The translations under genes were made by a program, and so were the position numbers. From contig OZ024746.1 of the NCBI GenBank assembly GCA_964016885.1, forward strand, positions 66,650,001-66,714,000: a stretch of DNA of 64,000 bases, in the 5' to 3' direction. Of this stretch, positions 16,064-29,502 are shown piece by piece; position 1 is the stretch's first letter, and each line of letters begins with the position of its first letter. The DNA comes from Eledone cirrhosa (lineage: Eukaryota). A model generated the notes under the pieces. It was not told where the DNA came from. It made no database searches and saw only the letters and a list, made by a program, of their open reading frames with translations.

Positions 16064-16070
<7 letters not shown>
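15768..16070. repeat. Near-perfect palindrome, ~150-bp arms centred on 15919
   Basis: CACATC-T-GATGTG centre; a few arm mismatches (GGAGGGTCT vs GGAGGATCT and an A/T tract). Confidence 0.95.
15957..15994 (+). ncRNA. Minimal type I hammerhead with variant core UUGAAAA (U3:A8); mirror copy on the minus strand at 15844-15881
   Basis: Stem I CCTT/AAGG, TTGAAAA, stem II GCAG/CTGC, GAAA, palindromic CCGG, TA, then AATAAA at 16000. Confidence 0.7.
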
Positions 16071-16101
<31 letters not shown>

Positions 16102-16197
16102 GTGGCCGACCAGACTAGAAACTGTTAAATGTGTGACTGCCTTCTTGTCTCTCTGCTTTTTCAGCTCCATGGATTATATTCCATTGTTAAATGTCGA

Positions 16198-16255
16198 ATA
16201 CCTGATGATGTCACCGGATTCATACTGAACCCGGTCATTGAAATGTTCATAGTAT
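16198..16255 (+). ncRNA. Type I hammerhead ribozyme in a solo (TA)n-flanked module (~16099-16303)
   Basis: Stem I ATAC/GTAT, CTGATGA, stem II ACCGG/CCGGT, GAAA, TG-TT-CA, TA, then AATAAA immediately downstream. Confidence 0.8.
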
Positions 16256-16299
16256 AATAAACCTTTAAGGAATTACACCGGTCCAGCCTGCTGTTATGT

Positions 16300-16342
<43 letters not shown>

Positions 16343-16343
<1 letters not shown>

Positions 16344-16400
16344 TAGAAGTAGTATCCAGTGTTGCTCGCGCAGGAAAAATAATAATTTCAACTAACGGGT
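16343..16400 (-). mobile_element. Helitron-like 3' terminus
   Basis: Minus strand GCGCGAGCAACACTGGATACTACTT-CTAG|T: eroded hairpin followed by CTAG. Confidence 0.5.
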
Positions 16401-17274
16401 GTGCATTCTTGTTTTTTGGGCGAATGATAATTATTAATAGATTAAAAGAAATACCTACAGAAATATTATGGCCCAAACTATGTACGATTTGCCTTTATAT
16501 GGTCACACAACACTAGAGAACTGAAACCTAATCAGTGAAAACTCTGATTAATTTTGTTATGTTTATTTTATGTTTGTGGATCTTGAAATATCACAGTCCC
16601 TTAAACATGATCAGCTCGCAATGAGTACGTCCTTTTGTTCGATGTAAATGCTATGACATCCGGGCCTCATACATACCACTTATTGCATCTAAGCAAACTT
16701 TATATGTTATATAAGCGTGTAAATATATGGATATATGTATACGGAAGTAGCAAGAGAAATGCACGCACATATTCACATACAAATACTTACAGACACACGC
16801 ATTTATGTTGCATTGCGAATGTTATGATCAACGAACGCTGAACCATTACTCACTGCAACAAATATTTGGCTTTCTTTTTTAAAACTCATTAAAACTGTCC
16901 TCTTTCCTTCTTTCTTTCTCTGCCTCTGTCTTTCTTTCTTTTTGTCTCTTCCACTCTATCTTGAGTTGTATCTCTCTCTTACTTGTTCTATTTTGCTTCC
17001 CTGAGATTTCCATACGCATACTTTTATCTTTCATATACTTTCATTTTTCAATATTTTTTTGTTTTGATCTTTCATTGTCTTTCGAATATTTCTCTTTCAC
17101 GCTTTCATCATTATACGCGTTCTCTCTGCCCTTCTCTATGAAATGGATCAATGGAACAATTCCAGAATATGCTATTATACGTTGTCCAGAGGGATAAGCA
17201 ACAATTATATATATAATTTTTTAGTGGGTGATCGGTTTCTTATTTCTGAATACAAGCCAGACAAACTCAGACAG

Positions 17275-18269
<995 letters not shown>

Positions 18270-18312
18270 ATAAGAAACAGAGAATCAGTGTTGCAACGAA
18301 TAAAATGTAATC

Positions 18313-18406
18313 GACATATTACAATTGTTTCTCTGGCGACTAGCTCGAGGCACGATCGATGTAATGATCGAACCAGACTCTGAAATCGAAGGTCCTCAGA
18401 TACGTC
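18313..18406 (-). ncRNA. Type I hammerhead with a long (~60 nt) stem II region
   Basis: Minus strand GACGTAT-CTGAGGA-[long structured segment]-GAAA-CAATTG-TA-ATATGTC; 7-bp stem I and palindromic stem III. Confidence 0.7.
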
Positions 18407-20269
18407 TCGATTCTACGAAGTAGAGTTTACAAATGTCCAGTTTCACCCACAGCCCTCACTCGGCAGCTTAGATCCTTTTGTTGTCATTCGATGAGTGGTC
18501 AAAAATTGTATACATTATCGGTATTTTGGGCCACTCATGGCCGTCCTGTATTTGGTTCCTTTCATTCACCATCTGTCAATCAAATTATTTCTTAAATCGG
18601 AATTACTACTGTAATGGGTTGTATGATTGAACCGCTCGCGCCCTGTCGCAGCCTTCTCAACCTCTAGGCACCCGCATCCATCTCCATGTTTCACGCAGGC
18701 GTGATATATATGGGCACTTATACACCCACAACGATCACATACACACCCGCAACTGTATTATATGCGACAATCACAGTAAATATTGAATGTGCAGCGAATA
18801 CTTAGAAATAATTAAAAAAAAAAGGGACAAACATTTAACAGAACGTTTCAGAAAAACACACCCTCAAAATACATTAAAGAACACACATTTAAACAAAAAA
18901 ACCTATAAGAAGAACGTTTTTAAAAGAATGCTTGAAATAGCCTTTCAAAAAAATATTTGAAATGTATTTTTGATAAATATACACATATCTACACACACAC
19001 TACTCAGGAAAGCATATATCGTCAAGACGCTGCACATATAGACAGATGAAAAAATGGAAGATCTACACATACATATGCATACACTTACATAGACATGTTC
19101 ATACAAATACATCCACCCAGACATGCATACACATGCATGTATGCATATGTGTGAGCACACACATACATACATGTACCCGCGCATGAGTATGATTATGCAT
19201 CTCAAAAAAAGCACATACTTCATGAATACCTATATATCCACACACACACGCAACTGTGCACATGGCGCATAAAATATCATATGAGACTACATTCTTGAGG
19301 TTTGGAGCCAACCCATTCATGTGGCGATATAAACCTGAAAGTGCATGCACATTATGCTTAAATGCAATAGCTACGTAGTAGCCATGCACTAATCAAAGGT
19401 AACAAGTGGGGCACATATATAAATGCGTGTACGTACATAAAATAAAATAAGGTAGGATAAAATAAAATACTGGAAAAAGGAATGTATACATGACAAAGAT
19501 GCAGAGGGGGTATCTGAACACGCCACCCGGACATTATTGGAATGTGCATAAAGTTGCATAAAATACTTGAGGACTGTGATGCATAGGGTATATATATAAG
19601 ATACAGACAGACTGACGATCCAAGGGACTGGGTAACAGCCTGCACATCAACCATGCACATGAGACAGGTTTCATAACTGGTGGACACAGGGTACCGTGTG
19701 TGCATACACAATCAAGTTATATATATTGTGAATGTGTAGAATATCCTTTTCATAATAGTATATATGAAATGTACATGGAATAGATGCATACATGGAATAT
19801 ATCGGGAATGTATAGAATATGTGTTTCATAACAGTATATATGAAATGTACGTAGAATGGATGCATAAGTGGAATATACCAGCGGCTTTAGTTGTAGGCAT
19901 GTATATAGCAACGGCAGGCACAGTTAGAATTAACTGCAACACTAACCTTAAAACCAGCATCAAGTACAACACCGAAGTTGCAAATTAAACATCACGAATC
20001 GAAAATTAAAAATTAAAAATCAAAAATTCAAATTCAAAACCACACATACGGTTGTAGACAAAATAAACTTATATTGAGTCGGCGTCCCCAAGTGGGTGGG
20101 ATGGTGTTATCCAACATACGTTACGAGGTAGGTATCGTTGGATCTGTCGTTCATATAAGCTTTTTTCGCCTTGCATTCATAGTTATGCTGTGGCATATCG
20201 TGGTCCACTGCATGCGCCCCACCTGGCATTGTCATACCGGTAGTGCCTTAGATAGACCCATCCAGTATC

Positions 20270-21045
20270 ACTAAAGCGGAGAGCATGCCTTTACTTTGGT
20301 GTCTGCAGGCCATGAGGATTTCAGATTTGAGGTTGACTGCGTCGCCCATTAGTTTTACTATCTTCATAGCCTCGGGCAGGCACAACTTGCACCTCATCTC
20401 GCCAGCCGAGGAAGCATTCGCGTGCTAGACAATACTCCAGCTGAGGTCAAACTCTGTGCCACTGCCTTTGAGTCCCCATATTAGGTCCGCCAGCCTGGTG
20501 GAGTGTCTCTTGTTCCTGTCTTTGAACCAGTTCTTTTGGTTGTACATCCTCGATTTAAAAGTCGTAGATGTTGCCCCGATGTAGGTGTGCCTATCATTGT
20601 CCGTGGTAACCACACATCTGTAGACAACGCCCTCTGTCAGGCACATTCCCTGCAGAGGGCACTCCTCTCCTACACGGCAGTTACATGTCCGTGCATCATT
20701 TTTCTCATTCCCTTTATGTGGGCCTGGCGTCTTATTTGGGTTCTCCGCAGCCATCGTATGGTGTTCCGGCAGAGTGGTGGACACAGTGTTCACCACCTGC
20801 TGGTCTCTGTTGTCAGGTGTTGCGTCTTCAACGCCCACAGCTCCGCCCCCAGGCGGATCTCCAGAACCACTAACCACTTCCCCATGCGCTCCACTCAGCC
20901 CCTCCGACATGCCTGAGGCCTATAAAGTTTGTCGATGGGGTGTCCTCAATTTCATTGCGTTGGCCTTGGCCATGTAGTCTGCCATGTTGTGTGCCGTGGA
21001 AAAGGCGAACTTCACGGTGTGGCGGTTGAATATTTTGTGGAACCA
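20270..21045 (-). pseudogene. Penelope-like (Naiad-type) element 1: thumb/linker plus GIY-YIG endonuclease, 5'-truncated
   Basis: KIFNRHTVKFAFST; TCNCRVGEECPLQGMCL; VVY..TYIGAT..FKSR; CKLC; NLKSEI..CRH. The 3' UTR probably extends to the HHR at 18313. Confidence 0.9.
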
Positions 21046-21774
21046 ATTATATATATATATATAAAAGAGAAAATACACAGAGAAGGATTTTATCCAAGTA
21101 TTTACGACCCTTTCATTGGTAAGTGCAACCTTATATTGCTATACTGCAAATAGCAGCCACTCAATTATAATGGTTGTTCACAGTCGAAATTTTCAAAATA
21201 GTGAGTAAGTTACTCTTGAAATCATTCTTAATATATAGAGAAAAACATTTATTTGGAATTGTATTTACTAGTATAGAGAGAGAGGAATCAGAAGGTGAGG
21301 GGACAAACGGAATAGTATAGAGAGAGAGGAAGGGGGAAGAGGTAGGAGGTAGAGTGACAAACTGAGATGGGGGAGAGGTAGAGGTGGAAGGATTCCTTGG
21401 TCAGTTTTGATAGCAGACTTCATGTCGTGGAATGTAGTGAGTTAAAGAGAATTAAATTGATCATGGTGGGAGTGATGGATAGAGGGGGAGAGAGAGGGGG
21501 GGGGGTATAAAGAGATAAATATATATATATATATATAAAAATAAAGATAAAGATAATAATGACAAAAATAAAAGCAAAGAAGGGGGTGAGAAAGAAGAAA
21601 AGAAAAGATAGCCAAGAAGGGGAGGGAAGGAAGGAAAGAAAACAAAGAAATAGAGAGGAATGAGGGAGAAGAGGGGGATATATGTATTGGTTTTGTGGGT
21701 AATTAAAAGGGTTTAGATACAACAAGAGGGTATAAAGTCTAAGTATATGCAGTTTGTCAGTTGGTAGTAAGGGG

Positions 21775-23050
21775 TTAAGGATTTGATTTGTAGTGCGAAA
21801 ACTTCTCTTTGAGTCTATGGTTACAATAAATTGATCTTTCGATTTTGTTGTTGAGTAACTTATTCTTCGAACTCAAGATGTGGAACAGCTCACAGTCGCA
21901 TAATCGACAGCTTCTCATACCACTCCGATATGGGGGCGCGTTCGATAATGTTTTCCACTTCAGGGTGTATTGATGGTTACTTTTCCTCAGTTGCCAGGTC
22001 TTGTTTGCAAGGGTAATTACATAACGATGCTGGGAATGTTTCATTGCGTAACGGTGTGTATACCAACGGGCTTTAAATGTATTCCCAGTCGCTCCGATGT
22101 AATACCATTTCTGGTTGTCTGATTCCACTGTGCATTGGTAAACCAGGTTAAACTGCATACATTCATTATGTAATGGATAGGTTTCAGGTAGGTGGCAGTT
22201 ACAATTCTTGTCATGGGCAACTTTGGCATTATTGGCTGGCTGCGATGCCTGTACAAGTGTGTTACGTCTTGTTTGCCTATTAGCGAATGGTTGTGTATTA
22301 GATATTCTGTTGTGTTCGGTGGGGATTGTATTGTTATTGTTGTAAATTTGTGTTTTGGTGTTATGTATCTTTTTAGCGTTAAGCATCTTAATGTGTGCCT
22401 CTATATTTGGTACCGTGGAGTAAGATATTCTAATAGATTTAGTGTTAAGGATTTTGCCGTATCTATGTGAATATGGAAAGTGCTTATTTATTATTCTAAA
22501 GAAGGTAGAGGGTAGGTTAGTACTAATAGAGGTGTTAAATATGGGGTTATACCAAATATATTTTCTACTGCGTGACTTGTTTGATTTCGATGTTGTATTT
22601 CTATTTGCCGTATACTTTGCAGTTCTATGCGTAAGTGCGTGTGTGCGTGTGTTACCGGCGTTTGTGTTATGCGTGTTCGTGTGCGCTTCACGGAGGCTTT
22701 CATCTATATATTCTACTCTATCTAAGTGGCCTGCCTTGTCTAATGCGGTATTGTAGTATTCTACATGTTCTTCGTAGATTTGTCGGTTAGACGAGAGGCG
22801 GAGATCCTAAGGGATATGCTGCGTAGAATGGATTTAATTATGGATTTAATTATGTATGCTAAGTTTTCACTAATCTTGTGAAAAGGTCTTATAGGTCCCG
22901 TATTTAGGTTAAGCGTCGAGTCTAGAAAGGTAACTGTGTTAGTGCTATGCTTATACGTTATGCTAAGGCCTAGTTTCCCGAGAGTCTTTCTAATATTCTT
23001 ACGGAGTCTTTCTATGCTCTGGTTATTTAGGTTCTTAACTAGGAGAAGGG
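21775..23050 (-). pseudogene. Penelope-like (Naiad-type) element 2: RT C-terminal part plus GIY-YIG
   Basis: VTFLDSTLNL, YYNTALDKAG, IWYNP, IRISYST, CNC, LVY..YYIGATGNTFKARWYTH, CRLCDCE, CNH. Confidence 0.92.
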
Positions 23051-23201
23051 CGTTGGAGTTACCACTAACCGAACGTTGAAACCATCCATGAAACTGGCTT
23101 TTTTAACCAAAAACTGGATTACAATAAGCAATTTTTTGCTTCTCTAACTATATATATATATATAAGCATATATATATATATAAGCATATATATATATATA
23201 A

Positions 23202-23244
<43 letters not shown>

Positions 23245-24564
23245 TATATATACATACATATAAGCATGTTATAAGGCTAAACAGTGAGTCCTCTTACTCT
23301 CACTTGTTTCGCCTGTTGTGTGTGTGTGTGTGTGTGCAGATTAGACAGTCCCAAAACCGAAGATATCGGTTTCCAAGTGAGATCCACAAGCTTGCTCGGT
23401 GAAGTTTCCGCTGAATAGAAGGCGTTTCCACCTTTTTGGTCAGCAGATATGCAAATAAGTGTATGCCTGAATTATTTGTAGTCTTATGAGTTTAGATTGA
23501 GGTCACATGTTACCCCAGATTAGGATTAGTACACATACAGGACGATGATTTGGTGGACAATAGGTTGTTGTTGAATGGAGGTGCACATGATGATTGTTCT
23601 ATTGAGGGTGGGAGCGCTAAAGATTCTAGACTGACAGGAATGTGGCTGGAAGAAGATGGGATATTGTCCTGGTAATCGAAGTCTTAGTCTGGAGAATAGC
23701 TAAACAATATTTTCCTCGTAGAACATTTATTTACAAAAATATTTAACATAATAATAAGCAAGAAGAAAAAATTAGTAGTAAAGGAAAATGGGGTAATGTG
23801 GGTGGGGGTAATATAGCGTTTTATCTGAATTCTGTGATAGCCACAGCATCAGTCTTTCCATCTCATGAGATTTATGCCATATGCATAATACACTCCTCTC
23901 GATTTCGCTAAGTAACAGGGCAGTAAAATTACAAATAAAAACCGACACAGGCTTAAATTTAAAATAAAGAACAATAATATATAAATACATATCAATATAA
24001 AGAAGTATGTGTTCATGCACGCATATGCTATGATATATAAAATAGCTCATAAAATAGGTTGATGACACTTCTAAAACGGTCGATAGCAACATCTTTTTCC
24101 ATCTTTAAAGGTTCTTCACCCTGCTTTATGAGCTATTTTTTGACATCGATGCGCATGGAAACATCATTCTTTATAGTAATTCTATCTCCTCAGAGCTGTC
24201 TGAGAGTCTGAGAGTTCGGCTATACATACAAGATAAATATGTAATATTTAATTTCATTGATATAATTTTAGTAGTTATGGAAACAAAAATCCTATATAAA
24301 TGGATACCGAATGTGAGTGAAGACAGCAGCCACATTAAAAATCCTAGTGCAGATAGAAATAAGGGTTCACAAAAAAGTATCGGTGAAAAAAGGTAGTGTG
24401 TGTGTGTGTTTGCGGATGGGTGTGTGCGTGTATGTGTGTATGTGTGTAGGCAATTGCAATTGGAGCCAATACCTTCACAGCATACTTTATACCGTTGTAT
24501 TATATCAAAATGACGGAAAAATAATTGTATAATGTGGCATTATACAACAATAAAATTTGTGATT

Positions 24565-24740
24565 TGATGCTGAGGTCAAAATAACATTTAAAGACCTCAA
24601 ATATAACAAGGCCACTGGTTAGGATGAAATGCGGCCCTAGAATTTAAAAGCCTTAAATAGAGAAGGTTTTCTCTGAAAGATCCGTGTGTGACAGGAGTTT
24701 TGGGTCACTGCAAATGCACTTAATCAATAGCAATCGGGAG
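24565..24740 (+). pseudogene. Decayed RTE-type LINE RT N-terminal fragment
   Basis: EVKITFKDLKYNKATG*DEMRP*NLKALNREG resembles the KAxGxDxIxPExLK motif. Confidence 0.55.
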
Positions 24741-25315
24741 GAATACTGCAAACAGGCCCAACTCGCTATCTACAATTTAGTATTCGTGCCAACCCTTACG
24801 TAAGGTCAAGAATGTTGTGTAATAACCGAATTAATATGATCATGATTACAAGCGGGAGAAATGGTTCCTAATGTGAGATCTTAAATTATGTTTGGTTCCT
24901 GAAGGACGTTTGAAGAACTGACGGCGAATATTACAGCAGTCTCATTTCAGAATCGGCGAAATGTTTCGCTTGTTTATAATGAATGTTCACGTACCGCTTC
25001 AAACAAAAGAGATATTGAAACTCATCATCCGTAATAAAATTGCAATATTTCGTTTGTGCCTTACCCGCATGGGCGTGCTATTGCAATTTAACACCAACAT
25101 GATGCATAATTTTGTCCATAAGGAAGATCTAAAGGAAGAAGGAAAATCACTCTGAACGCCATTGGTATTAATTTCATTTTTACAAACTTTTCATCTTGGC
25201 AGGCTGAAGTCTGTCAAGCTGAAATTCTTTAAAACAACTCCAAATCGTAGCTCGCCATTCTTCTCAATTTGCCGCAATTGAACCAAAACTCTTGTAACAT
25301 AATTTCAAACAATTC

Positions 25316-25416
<101 letters not shown>

Positions 25417-26751
25417 AAGAGAGGGGAGCTAGATAGATATATAGATATAAAGATGTATATGTGTGTGGGGGTGTTGTGTACGTGTCTGCGTGTGAGTATG
25501 CCTGTGCGTGTGTATGTGTGTCTCTATGTGAGTGTAAGTACGGATAAATATATGAAAGCCTTTCTCTATGAATTTCGGAATTTGATACCTGGCACCATCT
25601 AGCAAATTCCAACAGAAGCATAAGAAGTTAACTACCGACGATTTGGTTGATGGTCGTTATCAAGGCAGTGATCCCTCAAACCTGCTTACAGCTAGAAATC
25701 AACAGAGGCAAAATATATATATATATATAGTCTTGTGGACTATGTACATGGGCTGATAAACCTCATTTACATATCAAAATAGAATTAAAAATTCCGTTCC
25801 GACTTTTGCATAGATATAAGTATATGTATTTTGTATGTCTAATGATATACAGTATGTTCACAAATAAACATTTGAAACCCCTTCGCTATGAATTTTGGAA
25901 GCTTGTTGTATATAATATAATAAAATATAATGTAAGAATATATAATTATTTTAGTCATAGTACACATTAAATAGCTAGATTATTATGTAAGCCAAAAAGT
26001 ATAATCTAAAGAGCTTGCCTTTCCTAAAATTATATTTCGGTGTAAAATGTCATAGTATAGTAAGGTAAGCATTGCAAGAAAAATATTTTTTTTTATAAAA
26101 ATGTAATTTCACATACAATTTCGTGTTTATACTGTGGTTACCTTCCGACAAAGAAATAGATATTAATTAAAATAATTAATTAATTAATTAAGATATCATT
26201 TTGCATTGTCCTAAAACATACCTTATGGACTTTACAAGACAATTCAAATACTTCCTGTTGTTACATGACTGGACAACTAAACCATTCTCACAGCAAAAAG
26301 ACACACTAATATCATAAAGAAAATTTCACGTACCTTTAGCTTTAAAGCAGTAGAGCTAACGTTTTATATATATATATGAGGACTGCCCCCTCTTTATCGA
26401 ATATGGCCATTGCACCATATAACATTATTAGTAATTATCAGTTAATGCTATCGTACGATACCTGTACGAGAAGATATTTTTTAAATTAAGAAAAGAACTG
26501 TGCACTGAGTCGATCCCACTCTCTGAGCGACAGTAGCCATAACCCGGAAAGAAGAAAAGATCAACATCATCCGTAACTACTCAGTCGCAAGTTTTATGTC
26601 GGAGTTATCCCAGGAATGCCCTGACAAATTCTAGGGGCCCTTCACTCCCAGTGGTTTAACAGCGTGATCCAGACCGACTATTTCGATGTCCCCTCACATA
26701 TACATATATATGCATACATGTATATACATATATAGGTATACATGCATATAC

Positions 26752-26806
<55 letters not shown>

Positions 26807-27091
26807 TATATACGTGTATATACATATTTACACATCTTTGGATGGCAGTTGACTCTTATGAGTTCTTCCGCACTTTGTCAGATTTTGTTTTATGTCCTGC
26901 AGGGTGTCCAAAATAACCCTCCTCGCCAAGTAAATGTGGTGGGTTGTCGGTTTAGTCATTATAATAAGCAAACAATCATAATAAATGTTCGGTGAATCCA
27001 TACGTACATACATATATATATGTGTGCATGTATGTATATATATATATACATACTACTGTACGTGTACATACTATACATATCTATATGCATA

Positions 27092-27164
<73 letters not shown>

Positions 27165-27169
27165 TCACT

Positions 27170-27211
<42 letters not shown>

Positions 27212-27479
27212 GATATATATAGATATATACAGAGAGAGAAAGAGAAAGAAAGAAAGATATAGTGAGATAAGATAGATGGATTATTACGTTTATTCAGGCT
27301 CAGGCTGCGATAATCATGTGAGTTATTTCTCATTCTATTTATAATAAACTCCGTTGCTAGCGAAACTACCACCATTGTGTAGTTAACGGGAACACCACTG
27401 TGACATTGCAGTCAGTAGCTAGATTGTTATCGTCAAGATGATAATATTATAATGTAATACAGGACGTCGATATAAATGG

Positions 27480-27730
27480 TAGAACATTACATTATGCAAT
27501 GACAGACAAGCGCAAAACAGATTCGCAAAACACGAACAGCTTCGATTCATCCTAGAAAAAAACCTACAAAAGATATAGGATGAGCAAATTTAAAGAAAAT
27601 AATATCAACTTATCGCCACAAAGACTGCTTAAAAACAACCCTAAATATTTCTTATGTGGGAAACCTAGAAAAAATAAAGCATCGTGTTGAACTATGTATG
27701 ATCAAAGCAAACAATCATTTCATCGCTAAT
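27480..27730 (+). pseudogene. Possible very decayed GIY-YIG remnant
   Basis: Frameshifted YI..MT, RFAKH and ELC pieces in the expected order. Confidence 0.25.
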
Positions 27731-28254
27731 CAGGGAAATAGCAACCATAGCAACATAAATAAAATTGTTTGTAGTAACAGTATTCTTAATAATAGAAATA
27801 ATAAAAATAATAGTAATAATAGTAATAATAATAATAACTATATAAAATAAACGCAACATAATATAAAATAAACAGGATTGCTTTAATAACTGTAGGGGAA
27901 CTAATAGAATGTTCAGTATTTGCTACAAGGTCAGTCTTGATAGAAGAGTACACAAATACGAGGTTTATGAAAAATGTTTTTTCCGTATATATATTGTTGG
28001 ATCACAGTAGTTTCTGACGATGTGTGTTCCAATTGTATTACTTAAAAAACAGTGTTCGACGTAGACGTACAAACTTTACACAGTTGTCGTGGACATGCTC
28101 AGTTGAGTGCAGTAACACGAAATAAATTGTTCAAGGAACCAAGATGGCGTTGATAATCGAGCACATTTGCAATCGTGTATCGAGCAAGCTAACCACAAAG
28201 CCACGTAACTTGGCACGTGCACGTACAGATACACACACACACACACACACACAT

Positions 28255-28359
<105 letters not shown>

Positions 28360-28547
28360 ATATACATATGTATATATGTGCCATTTGGTGGTTCTACACA
28401 TTAGATATTGTTTTATATATAAAAGTTATGTTCCAGTATTCATTCTATGGATACATATTTGACAAACTGTTAAGTAACGTGACATAAGTTCAAAAACTAT
28501 CGAAGGTACACACACACACGCACGCACACACACACGCATACACACCG

Positions 28548-28602
<55 letters not shown>

Positions 28603-29094
28603 AAGGTTAAACAAGGTTCAATAAATACATCAAATAATGAGTTTTACAATAGATTGGAAGCACTCAACTGAAAAAGGTTTTCCAGAGTTATTAAATATGA
28701 TAAATAGAAAACTGCCGGAGATTACCGGTGGTTTATATAGGGACGATATTTTATTTACGGTTGTTAAACACAACAATATAGATCTAAATAGGGTAAAGAA
28801 AAATATAATTGAATTCTTTAAAAATTACGACCTTGAACGAGAGGTAGAAAGTGGTACCAAAATAGTTAATTTCCTTGATGTACTCTTAACTTAAACTCTG
28901 GTTTTTATTACCCTTTCCATAACACCAATGAAAACTTATATTACGTTAGTTATTACTCTAATCACCCTAAATCTGTGAAAAAAGCAATTGTATATAGTGT
29001 ACAAAAGCGCATAAATAGAATATCTGCCAATAAATCAATATTTGATGAAAAAGCAGGATATTACAATGAATCGCTAAAAAAGGCAGGTTATAAA

Positions 29095-29282
29095 AATAAT
29101 TGTTTCTGCTTGTTGGCACAAGGCCAGCAATTATCGCAGTACATTACTGGTACTTTATTTTATCGACCCCGTAAGGGTGAAAGGCAAAGTTAACCTCGGC
29201 GGTAATTGAACTCAGGTCATAAAGCGACGTAACTATGCTGGAAAGCATAATCCGACCCTCTACCGATACTGCCAATTCACCG
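29095..29282 (-). mobile_element. SINE, full length
   Basis: Reverse complement of the family consensus; inserted in the Naiad RT linker. Confidence 0.9.
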
Positions 29283-29317
29283 ATAGACAGTAATAATCCG
29301 AGTCTTAATCCTGATAA

Positions 29318-29502
29318 AAATAATTGTTTCTATTTTAGGCACAAGGCCACAAATTACCCAGTGCATTACTGGTACTTTATTTCATCGACCCCGTAAGGAT
29401 GAAAGTCAACCTCGGCAGGATTTGAACTCAGATCGTAAAGGGACGTAACTATGCTGGAAAGCATGGTGTCTGACCCTCTGCCGATACTGCCAATCCACCG
29501 CC
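29318..29502 (-). mobile_element. SINE, full length, with TSD
   Basis: Family sequence flanked by CCTGAT(A/G)AAAATAAT. Confidence 0.9.

Noticed and set aside
21095-21190. Possible G3:C8 hammerhead (GTGAACA..GAAA) at the end of element 2
   Set aside because: No stem III or UH site between GAAA and the putative stem I
28008-28080. CTGACGA motif downstream of the weak GIY-YIG remnant
   Set aside because: No GAAA box in register
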